Source: Sphyrna mokarran (taxonomy: Eukaryota). From it: 64,000 nucleotides of DNA. The stretch covers positions 98,952,001 through 99,016,000 of the forward strand of contig JAGIQG010000001.1 of the NCBI GenBank assembly GCA_024679065.1, given 5' to 3'. The notes beneath the pieces were generated by a model. That model saw only the letters and a program-made list of their open reading frames with translations. It ran no database searches and was not told the DNA's origin. A program made the position numbers and the translations under genes. Shown here one piece after another: positions 10,911 to 24,322 of the stretch. The stretch's first letter is position 1. The number at the start of each line of letters is the position of its first letter.

Positions 10911-11036
10911 GGCTGGAATTTTCTGGCCCCATTGTGGCGGGACCCCACTGGAGGAGACTCAATGGCCCTGGCTTGGCCTAAAGTCCATTGACTTTCAAAT
11001 GATTCCAACTGGAAGTGGGGCAGGGAGATCCCGCCC
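10911..11036. mobile_element. Short non-autonomous TIR element (MITE-like)
   Basis: Starts ggctggaattttc and ends gatcccgccc; same terminal family as 42760 and 48480. Confidence 0.55.
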
Positions 11037-12866
11037 CATGTTTACCATGTATATCCTTTCGATAAATATAGTTACTAATAAAATAAAGTGTCACCCCTTC
11101 AGTATTGGATTCAGATAGCTTATTCATTGTGACATTCACATGGAGAATGAACACATGTTCATTCTCAATTCATTCACCATTCATTCTGAATGGTGGTTTA
11201 TTTCAATCAGATAAATTGGATATCTGCTCATTGTATGAACAGTATCTATTCAAACCAAGTTAAGATGGTAAATTAGAACTTCAAACACAAAACAATAAAC
11301 AACACTTGAGCTGAAGCAATTTTATTTCTAGCTTCTTTAGAAAGATGTACCCACAGACGGAAAGAGGCATCAAAGGTCAGAAATAATCCAACCCTAAATG
11401 CCTTTTCCTTTTCTTTCAGCTATGTCAACTGCTGTGCTCTTCCCACTAACAATAGTTTAAGAGAGTTGTCTTGCAGAATGCGTACAATTATCAGAAGTCC
11501 AGAGTAGATTATGATTGACATAAAACATATAAAGTGAAAAGAAAGATTAGTTTCTTAAGTATTGCAGTTTACAGCTCCTCATTAGTTTAACTAGATGGAC
11601 TGTAATCTTCAAGGACAATACTGAAATGTCAGTTTATAGTTACTTTTCTGATATAAAAGCTTGAACATTGATTGACCAGTTATCATGGAAACCAATAGTT
11701 TCTCAGAGAGATATCTCAACTGTAGTTTAAAGAAGACAACACATACAATTGCACCAATATAGATAGTAAGCACTTTGGAACGTTGCTTCTATAACAGTAA
11801 TGCTTATAAACTATAGTAGAACTTGTTTGCTGAAAAGCAATCCTAGACTTTTAATAACCACACTGAATACAAACCACCCTTCTTCCACAGAAGAAGCAGA
11901 CATTTTAATTACATGGCTGTTAATCAGCTGCTTGAAAACCAAATGAGTTGGGATTAGTTAATATGTCCAATTTCCTGAAAGGCTCTTTCTAGTGTATAGC
12001 AAGAGCTTTAGCATTAATCGACTGGATCTTTAACAGTTACTGAAACCAAGCAATGACCTTAAGTCTTTCCAAATAAACTATGAATCAAGTAAGTTGATCC
12101 AAAAATATAAACAGCTCGTCAAGGCGTGAAACCCTCCCTTTTGATGGAGTAGAGGAGCCAGTCTTTGTTTTGAACATCTGACGATCAAAACATTCGCAAA
12201 AAATGGAACATATTCTTGGCTTCTTCACATACCTAGAAATATCTGAAGAATGTGAAACCTAGAGTCCCAAGACCAAACATGTCAAGAATGTGCTAAGTGC
12301 TTCAAATTCTCCTAAGCTTTGCTTTTCGTTTGACCAGACTTCACTAGTACATTAAAAGGTCAAATCTTTATGGTTGGGTTTCTCTGGGTATGTCCTTGAC
12401 AGTCTGTTGCAAACTATCTCTGGTTTCAGGCACTGCTGCAGTATGTCACACTTATTTTAGAATTGCTAGGATCGGTGTTAAGCTTTCCATTACACCTATA
12501 GATGTGTTGGAAGTCTTTTTGAGCAATCCAGTTTGTCAGTTCATATACTTAACTAAAAACAACTTTACTTGATGTGTTGTGGACATCAGGTAGCTAACCT
12601 GCCATTTAATCTAAAATAATATAATTCCACATGCACATTCACTGAGAGGCAGGTGGTCCATTGAAGAAGAAATAAAGTAAAACACCTTTTGCAAATCTTT
12701 ACATATGGAAGAAAAAATGATCTAACATCCAACAAGAAGTGTTTACTCACTCTTGGGCTAACCCTGGACATACTTTTTACTGTGGAAAGTTCAACCTTCA
12801 AACTAATACATATATAATCCTTGAGCAAAGGGCTGCTCTTTAGAGACAAATTTAAGCAGTACTCAC

Positions 12867-12938
12867 AGCACTTCCAGGTCACGCAGAGCCCTGAATGCTC
12901 CATCCTCAATGCAGCTGATCTGGTTGTAATCCAGTTGC
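12867..12938 (-). CDS. slit2: Slit2 coding exon (equivalent to exon 6), 72 bp LRR: [23 protein letters not shown](L)
   Basis: TTTAACAG|GCAACTGGATTAC...GAAGTGCT|GTGAGT; phase 2-2, in frame with its neighbours. Matches the SLIT2 peptide as recalled. Not captured by the ORF track. Confidence 0.97.
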
Positions 12939-14269
12939 CTGTTAAATAGATTAGAAGGATAAACTTAGAGAAGCAGAATATTAGCAGTGTTATTTACCAC
13001 AAAGCCTCCCTTAAGGCTTTTCTGTAACTAGGCCTGTCGCATGAAATGCGCTTACAGGTGCTATATCAATCTTTCTCTCTTTCTCTCACTCACACATATC
13101 CATTGATACACACACTCAAACCCATCCGCTCTGAAAATACTTTGGCCTTTGATATTTATTCATCTCTCTGCATTAACCGTCTGAAATTGTCTTTCCTCGG
13201 ACTAGGTGCAAGCAACTGCATTTCGGGAAAGCTCCAGTAAATAATAACCGCACCTTATATGAAATGCCGACGGAATACAATTTCATTACATCAAGAAAAG
13301 CTATCCATTAAAAGCTTTCAGCATCATCTCACTGAAACAATTTCATTAAAGGAAAAGGACTGTAAATCACTTAATGTCACACTGTTCCCCACGGTGACCT
13401 AACTGAATCCATTTATCAGAGGAACCCGGCTGCATGCTAATTCCACTAACCTCAGCAAACACCAGAGACTTCTCTCATTCGGAGCGCAACTTGCGTATTA
13501 ATCTCTAAAAGTACCAGACAGCATCAAAAGTCAACAAAGCAAAGAAGCAGATAACATCCAATTTTCACTGCAGTTAAACTCATAGTCAAATTCAGTGTTG
13601 GAAGAAAAAGCAACCCTTTTTAACGAAGAAGCCTTATTTGGAAAAGAAAAGCAGGACAATGTGCTTCGTCTAAATGAAAGCAACAGAGGCAATCAACCTC
13701 TTGGTAGCAAATGTTTCCATATTCTGTGGTGGTATAAACTTATTGAAGATACTAGCAGTAATGTAACAGCTTCTAGAAATAAAGTTATGAATTTTATGCT
13801 AAGTGACAAAGTCAATGAGCTTCAAGTGTTTTGGAAGATTCACCTTTACTGCTTTCTTCCCTTCATACGTAAGTCAATATAGATAAATATGTAGGAGAAA
13901 GTAGGATCCATTCCACAATTAAAACTGTCCTTCAGTTGTCAAAGGCTGCAACCTTTGGTGATTCAAATCCACAATAACAGATTGAACTTGTCAATCTTAA
14001 GGGAATTGAACTATGGTAGCTTGAAGTTGGGCATTGTGGGAAATGAAAACTGGCCTGTGAAGATTTCAAAAAAATATATAAATGGCACCACAATCTGGCT
14101 GAGCCGAAAAACACTTTGCTTTTCTTCCCCTTTTTCCTTGCAGACTAGGAATTCAAGAAACAACTGCAGAATCCTCTAAAGTTTTCATACATTTGACCTT
14201 TTCTGGGATATTTTTTGCAGTTCATCCGTGTTTATTTTTTACTCAAGAATATTGTATAATTAAACAATT

Positions 14270-14850
14270 GTTACAGTACTGAAGGAAGCCATTCAGCCAA
14301 AAGTATCTGTGCTGACTCTCTGAAGCAGTAATTCACTCAGGGCCACTCCCCCGCCTTCGCCTCAAAGCCCTGCACATTCTCCCTTTTCAGGGAATAATCA
14401 ATTCTCTGCTGAATGTCTTGATTGAACCTGCCTCCACCACACTCTCAGGCTTGCATTCCAGACCTAACTACTTGCTGTGTGAACAGGTTTCCCCGAATGT
14501 TGCTTTGCTTCTTTTCCAAACACTTTAAAGTATGGTCTCTATGATTCTCAAACCTTCTATCAATAGAAAGTTTGTCTCCACCTATTCTGTCCAGATCCAC
14601 CACCCCTCCAGTCCTGATTTTGAATAGCGCTATTGAATCTTACTCTCAACCTTCTTTTCTCCCAGGAGAATGGCGTCAACTTCTTCAATCAATCTACATA
14701 ATCGAAATTCATCATTCCTGGAATCATTTTATCGGCACCCTCTCTTTGCTTTCATATCCTCCCTAAAGTATGGTGTCCCCGAACTGATTAAATATTCCAG
14801 CTGAGGCTACACCAGAGTTTTATACAGATTCATCATAACTTCTTTGTTAC
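14270..14850 (-). mobile_element. Decayed CR1 LINE 3' fragment
   Basis: acagtactgaaggaagccattcagcc tail, then gcctccaccacactctcaggc..gcattccag (reverse of the WN.LP..VVEA region). Confidence 0.75.
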
Positions 14851-15204
14851 TTCCATGAACACTTCATGTATTAATCAATGCATGATTAATACTCTTCATG
14901 TATTAATCAAAGGTGTATCGGCAGGCTAAATATGAGAGGACATCACAGCTACGTCCATCACTGTGTACTTTGACATGTTTTCACAGTGATTGCTGAAGAG
15001 CTATGAGCAACAGCAAGTTTGGTTGATTTCACCAAATCTAATCCAGGGCTGAGTCATCTGGGATCAACTAACTCAACACACTGCCAGATCAGTGAAGTTC
15101 AGTGCTGCATCCTGCTGTGCATTTAATTGCAAAGGTACTATGCAATGATCTATTTATGAGTTTCTAATGAGACTATTCAAAGATAAACTTTACATGAAGA
15201 TCAC

Positions 15205-15677
15205 TGGGGCAATTTTCTGGCCGCACTACACCTGGTGCAGATTGCCTGATTCCTGAAAAATGGCATACAGACCTAAAAATTGGTTTTATGCCTGGCGTCA
15301 GCCAAATGGTTTGCAATCGTCCTGGTCCTTCCCTACCGGCATAAATCAGGTCAGGCATTAGGCAGATTAGCATAATTAAAGTAGCATTTAAATAGGCAGA
15401 GCCTGCTTGATGCCACCTTCTCTCCCGGGATCTTCTGACCCTCGAGCACAAATCAGTACTGGTCTCCGCTAGTGGAGACCAAGTGTGATGGTCACATGGG
15501 GGAGTGCTCAGAGGCCACTGAAGTCCCCAGTTGCTCAGGGACATAGTTAAGCAGTGTCCCTCTGGCAATGTCCACCTGTTGGGACAACTGAAGTCTGGTC
15601 CACGCTGAACAGGCCAGCACGGATTGCTCAGGTTTGCTCGTTGTTATGTCCAGTCGTTTTTGAAAAAAATCTGCCCC
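15205..15677. mobile_element. GC-richer non-autonomous DNA-transposon-like element
   Basis: Imperfect TIRs ggggcaattttc and aaaaaatctgcccc bound a block that is GC-elevated relative to its flanks. Confidence 0.5.
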
Positions 15678-16760
15678 AAGTTTTTGAAACAGTTTAGAAA
15701 AAAAGTGCTACATTAAAAAGAAAATCTTGATAGTCCTTAAATCAGCTTTTCATATTCTAAATTGACTTCATTTCATTATAGTAATTTATGACTTGCTAAC
15801 TTGGAATCACTAAGTTACTGCATTGAGAACAGACATTACTTCAACAAACAACTGATGTCTTGATTTCAGCCCTGCCAAATTCTGTTACCAATTTCAGAAA
15901 ATGATGCCACAGGGTTCAGTGAGAGTCAACTATTGTCATCCATAACACACTGAATGTCGTAATACTGCATGAAATGCTCCTGCAATATAAATGAGGACAG
16001 GGTTTTCTAAATGTAAGTTATGGGGTAAAATTTAACTTTGCTAATTGCACATGATGCTAAAATTCAACTTTGCCAATTGCACAGGTGGTTGGTTTACCTG
16101 TTCCTTGAAAGAAAATTATATCACCAAATTCTATGAAGACTGAAATATACAAACATAATTGGTCATTATCTTTGTTATGACCTACAGATCTCTTCACTGA
16201 AGAGCATTCTGAATCATAGATGTACCTCCCATTTTTAAAGTTATTGCTTATAGTAGTTTCTCACCTGCAAGTCTCTCTGCAGCTAAGTAATGTAGCCTCC
16301 ACGTGCTTTTAAATCAGTGAGTTCTAACTCTTCCTGCATTTGGTTTGAAAATGTATCCTGGTTTCCGAAATAACCTATCTCTAATATTTATGTTATACTC
16401 CCTTGCTCTCTTTATCTGTTTATTGTTTTAAACACCTTGAATAATTCACACCATAACATAAGCAAATACAAGCCAAGATTATGCAACTTGCCTGCTTTTT
16501 TTAACCTTTAAGGCCTGGTATTATTACTATGAATCTGCATGGCATTTCTTCCGAGATCAATACATCTTTCCTGATGTCTTTGCTAAATTTTGCTTTTAAG
16601 TTATTTAAATGGAGGTATTTTATTTGCAGTAAGCATTTAGAGCTACTTAGCAATGTTTTTTGACGAGTAATTTGCTACTCTGGAGAGTTGAATGACTTAG
16701 CTTTGATGTCCTGCTATTTATCCTCATCCAGTGTCTGTAAGCCAGGTTTCACAAATGAAT

Positions 16761-16963
16761 TTTAAAGCAAAATACTGCAGATGCTTGAAATCTAAAATAA
16801 AAGCAGAAAATGCTGAACAGACTCAGCAGCTCTGGCAGCTTCTGTAGAGACAGGAACAGAGTCAGGCTACTCCTTCGAGCTCAAATGGATAAAGAGTCAT
16901 CATATGATTCGGACTGTTGACTGTTTCTCTCTCCACAGTTGTTTCCAGCATTTCTTAATTTTA
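16761..16963. mobile_element. Short palindromic Penelope-end element with a 14-bp target-site duplication
   Basis: aaagcaaaatactgcagatgc..gaaaatgctg..ctcagcag..ctgtagagac / tttctctctccacag..tttccagcattt, flanked by tttcacaaatgaat at 16747-16760 and 16964-16977. Confidence 0.78.
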
Positions 16964-17019
16964 TTTCACAAATGAATCTGCTTGGGGTTCTTCTTCCTTT
17001 CCAATTATAGTGAAAAGCT

Positions 17020-19070
17020 ACAAAAGAGGACAATGTTCTAAATCAGATTGGAGTACAGTTTTACTTTTACCCTCAATGTAATACGGCCAGCCTGAACGAG
17101 TACACCATTCAGTAACTGACTTCATTAGTAAGTGTGTAGAAGACTGTGTGCCAAAGAAGCAAATCCATGTGTTCCCCAACCAGAAACCATAAACAGGGAT
17201 ATCCACTGCTTGCTGAAGTCCAAGTCTGATGCATTCAAGTCAGGCGACACTGACCTGTACCAGAAAACCAAATATGATCTAAGAAGATCCATCAAAGATG
17301 CCAAAAGACAATACCAGACCAAGCAAGGGTCCCAGGCTAGCCACACGCTGACCCCTGCCAACTATGGCAAGGTCTGCAAGACACAACAGGCTACAAGATG
17401 AAGGCATGTAAAATCGCTGGCTCCAATGCATCCCTCCCTGATGAGCTCAATGCATTCTACACATGTTTAGAGCAAGAGGTCAATGACAGCATGCCTTCCA
17501 TCCTGAAAGAACCTGTACCTCAGATCACCAATGCAGATGTCAAAGCAGCTTTCTTGGAGGTCAACCCATGGAAAACAACAGCCCAGATGGAGTGCCCAGA
17601 CGAGCACTCAGATCCTGCTTGGATCAGCCAGTGGGGGTATTCATGGATATCTTCAACCTCTCTTTACAACAATCTGAGATCCCTATCTGCTTCAAGAAGA
17701 CGACTATCATCCTGGTACCTAAGAAAAACCAAGCAGTGTGCCTTAATGACTATCGGCCGGTGGTTCTGACATCCATCATTATGAAGTGCTTTGAAAGGCT
17801 AGTCATGGCACAAATCAATTCCAGCCTTCCAGACTACCTGGGTCCATTACAGTTTGCCTATTGCTGCAAAAGGTCCACAGCAGACCCCATCTCCCTGGCC
17901 TTACACTCAACCCTCTAATATGAGGATAATAACAGTACCTGTGTCAGACTCCCATTTACTGACCTTGGCTCAGCCTTCAACACCATTATTCCCAGGAAAA
18001 TCACCTCCAAACCCCGTGGCCTGGGCCTCGGCACCTCCCTCTGCGAATGGATCCTGAACTTCCTAATTCACTGACCACAATCAGTAAGGATAGGCAACAA
18101 CACCTCCTCCACGATTATCCTCAACACCAGTGCCCCACAAGGCTGTGTTCTCAGCCCTCTACTATACTCCTTATACACCTATGACTGTGGGGCCAAATTC
18201 CCTCCAATTCGATTTTCAAGTTTTCTGATGACATCACCGGAGTGGGTCGGATCTCAAACAATGATGAGACAGAGTACAGAAATGAGATAGAGAATCTGAT
18301 GAATTGGTGCAGCAACAATAATCTCTTCCTCAATGTCAACAAAACGAAGGAGATTGTCATTGACTTCAGGAAGCGTGAAGAAGAACATTCCCCTGTCTAC
18401 ATTAACGAAGATGAAGTAAAAAAGGATCAAGACCTTCAAAATTTTAGGTATCCAATCACCAACAACCTGTCCTGTTTCTCTCCCCCCCCCCCCATGCCAA
18501 CACTCAAAAAAGCCCACCACACTTTCTCAGAATACTAAGGAAATTTGGCATGTCAGCTATAACTCTCACCAATGTTTACAGATGCACCATAGAAAGCATT
18601 CTTTCTGTTTGTATCACAGCTTGAAATGGCTCCTGCTCTGCCTCAGACCACAAGGAACCACAAAAGGTCATGAATGTAGCCTAATCCATCATGCAAATAG
18701 CCTCCCATCCATTGACTGTCTATACTTCCCTCTGCCTTGGCAAACAGTCAGCATAATTAAGGACTCCACGCACCCAGGCATTCTCTCTTCCACCTTCTTC
18801 AGTTGGAAAAATAATACAAAAGTCTGAGGTCACATACCAACTGACTCAAAAACAGTTTCTTCCCAGCTACCATCAGTCTTTTGAATGGACTTATCTTGCA
18901 TTAAGTTGATCTTTATCTGCACCCTACCTATGACTGTAACACTACATTCTGCACTCTTTCATTTCCTTCTCTACGAACGGTATGTTTTGTCTGTATTATA
19001 TGGAAGAAACAATACTTTTTACTGTATGTTAATACATCTGACAATAATAAATCAAATCAAGTCAAATCAA
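17020..19070 (+). mobile_element. Rex1/Babar-clade LINE, 5'-truncated reverse-transcriptase pseudogene
   Basis: PDGVP.RALR.C.DQ..GVF.DIFNLSL....P.CFK.TTI..VPKK....CLNDYRPV.LTSIIMKCFERLV; later APQGCVLSPLLYSLYT and KFSDD, and LNVNKTKEIVIDFRK. Multiple frameshifts and stops; ends in aataataaatcaaatcaagtcaaatcaa. Confidence 0.9.
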
Positions 19071-22000
19071 TAGAAAGGAAAATTTGTTGGGAAGATACTC
19101 ATTCCTGGCATAGACAGGAATGAGACAGAACTGAAACCCTCATTTCCTTACTTTCTATAATCAATGTTTTTTTTTCAAAATGAAGAGGTGTGAATTTCTC
19201 AGCCCCAGGTGGATGAGCAATTCAAGTAACCAGCAGCAAGTTATTTGTGGGTTTAAATAAAGACAATTATTTATTTGCATGTTTACCCCAAAAAACTAAC
19301 ACTACATTATTCATTCACCCAATCACACACAACACATTCTTGGGGAAAATACTGTTAAAGGGAATAGTGCATTTTTACAAGTTACAAATAAATGAATCAT
19401 TCATAATTGATGTGGCTCATCTTTGAAAACACTTGTGCAGGTCTGGTGACAAACATATCTTTTCACTCCTGAAATGTAGTTTGGTGAATTCAACAGCCAA
19501 ATCATATTTTAGAGTTGTTGCAGGATTTTTCAAGATATGACTTTCTGAAGGTCATTAATTTAGTTTCTTGAAGGTCATTTTTTTTTTCTGCATTGGTGTA
19601 CTTGAAGAAGAACAGGTTTGGAAACTTTATGATGTTACAATCTCTAGTCTTAAGGCACAAATATTGTGACCCTTTCTGCTGCTGCTGTTTCTGCAGTTGT
19701 GTAGACAGCATTTAAAGATAAAAAAAGGGAAGCCAATAGGGTTATCTTATCTCATGGTTTCTCACAATCTTTTTTTCCAAATATGGTGTTGGTCAGGAGT
19801 TGATCAACCACAACCTGGGCAATTTGTTGCAGATGTTCACCTTGGGTGTTCGGGAAAAACACCATCTTCATTTCAGAATGACCCATACAAATCAGAAATG
19901 CAAACTGGATGATCTCTGTTTATGCTGATTGACATTTCTCAATCTGGAATTTCTTCTTTTGAGACAGTAGAATAGGTTTTTTTTTGGAACCCATTGACCC
20001 AGAGTGAGGTGACCCTCAGCAACCATCTTTTGCAGCCCATCAACATCTATTTTGAAAAGTCAGATCCTGAAGATTCCATCTTATATTTTAAAAGTTCTGA
20101 AAATGCCATGCCTTTATCTGGCATGAAATTTCTCTTACATATATGACCAGATTTTCTTTCATTAACTTCAATGAAAGAAGCAAAATAAGAGATTGGGGGA
20201 TTGAAAAAGCAAAAGTGAGAGAGTGAGTGTGAAAAGGAGAGAGGACAAGAGGAAGAGCAAACATGAAAGAGCGAGACAAAGATAAAGTTGCCAATAGTTT
20301 CCTGATGGTTTCCAACCATCTGTCTGTCAGGCAGGTTCTATGCCGCCTCCGCTCTTTGGCTGCCAACTAGCTTATTCCCAATAACCTTGAAACACATTCT
20401 AATACTGGCCAAAACCCAATGTTACACTTGGTTAGATTGTCCCATCATTCTCTGAGGCATCTCTTAATACCTTTATGATGTTATGATTTTTTCGCCAAGG
20501 CTAGGGATAGTTACCTAATTTTAAAAAGCTTGATTTTTGTCAAGAGGAGATTTTAATAATCATTCAGCTAATAGCTTTTTTTAGATTTTATAAGATTTAT
20601 CTATAACATTACTCTTTAACCTAAGCTTCATTTATCAAAGCAATTTATATGACTACAATGGCACAAACTGGACTCCTGACTCAACACAAAAGAGAAATTG
20701 TTGCTTGACAAATTAGAAAATCTCATAATACCATCAAATTTGCTTAATGTGGTCTGTGGGTTCATTTGGAGAAGGACGAATTGCATGTTGGTCTATATCT
20801 CATTTTCCTGAGATGTCATTGTATAAATCAGTGCTGGCAAAGCTCCCGCCCCACTCTTAAATCATCGCTGCTATCCAGGTACTAAAGTTGCCAGCTAGAA
20901 GGGGAGATAGTTAACAATGTACTTTTCAAATTAGTTTGTTAAAAAGGAGCTTCTCTTCTGCAGGTTACCTTCATTTTTTTTCTGCAACATTTAATTATAC
21001 TTTTCTTTACAAGTCTTATTCCAGTATCTCTCACCGAGATATCAATGAAGCATGTCCACCCTCAAATGAAAATGATTTATGGCTAATGATGGAAAAGTGA
21101 AGACGGAAATGTTAGTATCACTACCCAAGAGGTGAGGGTGAGGGAGTTTTCTGACATTCATGTGCATTCTTTTAAACCTGTGCAGTTAAAAATAAAGAGG
21201 ATCTCTGTGTAATGCTCAAACCTGTGTCCTGCTGCAGCTTAATACTGACTTGCTTCATTTCTAACTGTGAACAGAAGCCCTCATTTCCTCCACAGAGTTT
21301 CAATAACAACTGATAAAACAAATGGTGGTAAAAATACAACTGATACGACCCAATTGCCAAATGGGAAAATAAAGGATGTCCAGATTGTAAGGTAAGCAAA
21401 CTTGTCAGTTTAACAATTGCCTCGTCAATTAAAAGAATGTGCTCTTGGTGAATTGAGCAGACCAGATGGGATGTGAAATGCGGGAGGTTAAGATCAGGTG
21501 CTGACAATATAGTCGCCTTCATGGGGCTCAAAAAACTTTAAACACGAACTTGGCAGTAAGATGGTGCTGAAAGAGGCATATTTGTTTAGTTGAAAGGGAA
21601 ACGGTTTCAGTGACAAAAATGTCATACCCTCCACTCTTCTTCATTCATCTAAGATTCAAACTGAATGCAATCAGAAAATCTCCAGGGCAAACATGGAAGC
21701 GAGTTATTGACAACAAGGAGATTTTTCATCCTCTTTCAAGGATCCTCAGACAAGGGGATGAGCTGGGAATTCGAGTGCCTTAGGCCACATACATCTTTAA
21801 CAAGGAAGATCCATTGCATTCTCCACAGCAAAGGAAATATGCCAAGGAAATACAAAAAAACTTGAGGAAGAACGAATTAACTTAAGTCATTCTATCAGGA
21901 ATTGTAGCACATCCATCAACACTTGTCATATCCAGTAACTGTATTTTTAATAAAACATCGGTTTGATCATGGATTAAACACAAAACGAGGCACAAAGGAT

Positions 22001-22479
22001 ATGTGCACTGATAGTGAAACAACTGTCTGAAAGGTATCACTGCGATAGGAAATGTAATGCTTGCCAAAGTCTGCATCTGAATTAGCAAGAGGACATAAGC
22101 TATGCTATCATCATTCTCTTTCTTGCAAAATATATTTTCACTAGCTCCAAGCTATTGGCCAAAGGGAGATTTCCAAATTAATCTTTAAAATTTTCCTCTC
22201 TGTTTAGAACCATGAGCTTTCACTGTTGTGTCTAATCCATATCTCCTTACATACATCTTGGCAAAAAGGGGGACAAGTGAACATTGTTCTCGGTAATTGC
22301 AAGTAGCTCTTTAGAGTGCTGAAAATTGCTGTATATAACCACTGTTATATTTTAGCAACAGCACTGACATGTGAGTAGAGGAAGGATAAAGTGTTAATTG
22401 TCATCACACTTACTCACATAAACATTATCATGGATATTAGGCAAGGGACAGAGTTTCAGAGAGGAAACCCAACAGTTCA

Positions 22480-24080
22480 GAGGGTGGATTTTAATAGGCC
22501 TCCCATAGGGAGGAAAACAGATGAGCGAACTTGTAAATTTGGGCATTATAGCATTGGTGGTGTACCTGGCTGCTGGTTCACATGACGCTGCCCTGCCAAA
22601 ATGATAGGATTGGCAGGAGAGGCATCAATTGGACCATGTGCCAGCGGCTCATCAGTTGGCAATTAATGTCCAATTAAGGGCTTAATCCCATTGACCTTCC
22701 AATATATTGGGTGGCTGGAAAAGCCTGTGCCAATGTGTAGCCCATCAGGTTTAACCCTATGGGACTGCTGATCAGTGGTCAGTCAAGGGTGGGAGTGCCT
22801 CTTTCCTGAGCTTCTAGTGATCAGAGGGTCACAGAGACCCCGCATCACATTCACTCTAGCCAACATGCCTCCAACACCATCCAGCTGGCACCACCAGCCT
22901 TAGCTGAATGTGTGGGTCCATCGCTAGCCACTTCCACCCTCGCTGTTACACCACTGTCAGTGTGCACAGCTGATGGCCTTTGATTGGCTAGCAGTTCTAC
23001 TAAGTAAGTCATTCTCCTGGAGATGGATGAAGTCCTGTCTCAGATTAATTAAAGAGCTGTTGCCTGGAAACATTTTGGGGATGGGCTGGCAAAGAGGAGA
23101 CTGGCTGCTCCCAAACTTTACACCCGGATTGGAGAGGCCCACCCTTAGCACATAATTCAGCTTCAGATTTCTCTGAATGCTGTGTTTTATATTACTACAC
23201 AATTCTCAGCCTGGGATCAGAGAGGGGAGGGAGATGCAATTATTCGATCCAGAGTGAATGGTTCCAGTCCCCAATCCAGGAGCTTCTGTATGATGGGGAT
23301 CTGAATGGAAATAGCTTGGGGATTGAAGGGAGGAATCCTTTTTCTTTCTTGACCACAAGTAGTGGCATGCTGGGATTGAAGAGGATCAGGGAAATTAGCG
23401 GGCAACTGCAGCAGGATGGCTCCCTGATGCCAGCCTGACACTGGGGAAGTTTCTCAGTGGTGAGACCAGGTGGCAGGCCTAACTAAGATGGGCAATAATT
23501 TTAAATAATTAAAGGCCATCTTATGGGAAATTTTCCCAGGCTACCAGCATTTTGCCAGCAGGTGCCCTGCCACGTAGGAGGTAACTGCAGGGAGTGCCTT
23601 TGGAGCAGGAGCCACTGTCTCACAGAGGGAACCACAGGAGGGCAAGTCTTTCCCCAAGGGCCCAGTGGGCCATTTGGAGAAGCTTGCTTGCCTGGACCCT
23701 CTAATTTATAACTTTTAAGGGTGAGTTATTCCAGTCCCATCCAGTGAAAGACTGGAAATTCCCACCGGAAGTCAGACCTTTTGCGAGCAAGTCAATATTT
23801 CTATCCCACCCAATGATTCCCAAGATGGATGGCCTGGAAAATTTAGGGCTTGCATACCTGTCCAAAGACACTTAAAATGGAGGCACTTCTCGATCTGCAA
23901 CTTACCTTAGTGGTGTCATCTCTCTTGTTGGTGCTGCTGAGCTTCAGAGCTGCAGGGGCTCCCAAAGGAATTGGCAGAATCTATGCCTTGCCTACTGTGA
24001 TGGTAAACTTGGACAGCCAACAAGGAGGCTTTCTACAGTAACATTGCTGAGCCAACCCTGCTGCCAACAAGCGGTCACGA
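22480..24080. mobile_element. Cluster of decayed GC-richer non-autonomous DNA-transposon fragments
   Basis: gggtggattttaa start, a gattggc..gcagctct-type motif shared with 33430-33950, and a GC step relative to the flanks. Boundaries are approximate. Confidence 0.4.
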
Positions 24081-24250
24081 CTGTCCCTGCATGGACATAA
24101 ATGAAAAAAACCTTCATTTATGTCCACGCAGGGCAACAATGAAAGGTGCTTGAATACATACTTTCAAATTTTATCGGATATACCAAGTACATCAAGACTG
24201 TGGAACATTCAATCACATTCAGAATCCCCCCAAGTCACAGATCAACTCAC

Positions 24251-24322
24251 AAATTCTTGATGTCAACGGCTCCTCGGAAAGCCTTCCTCGGAATAGCATG
24301 AATATGATTTTCGCTCAGATCA
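24251..24322 (-). CDS. slit2: Slit2 coding exon (equivalent to exon 5), 72 bp, one LRR of domain D1: [23 protein letters not shown](L)
   Basis: Minus strand reads TTATTACAG|TGATCTGAGC...AAGAATTT|GTGAGT; phase 2-2. The peptide is nearly identical to vertebrate SLIT2 [24 protein letters not shown], and GAVDIKNL is Slit2-type. Confidence 0.97.

Noticed and set aside
19189-20688. Possible solo LTR (TG...CA ends)
   Set aside because: No clean target duplication, primer-binding site or second copy in the window, so it is not supportable.
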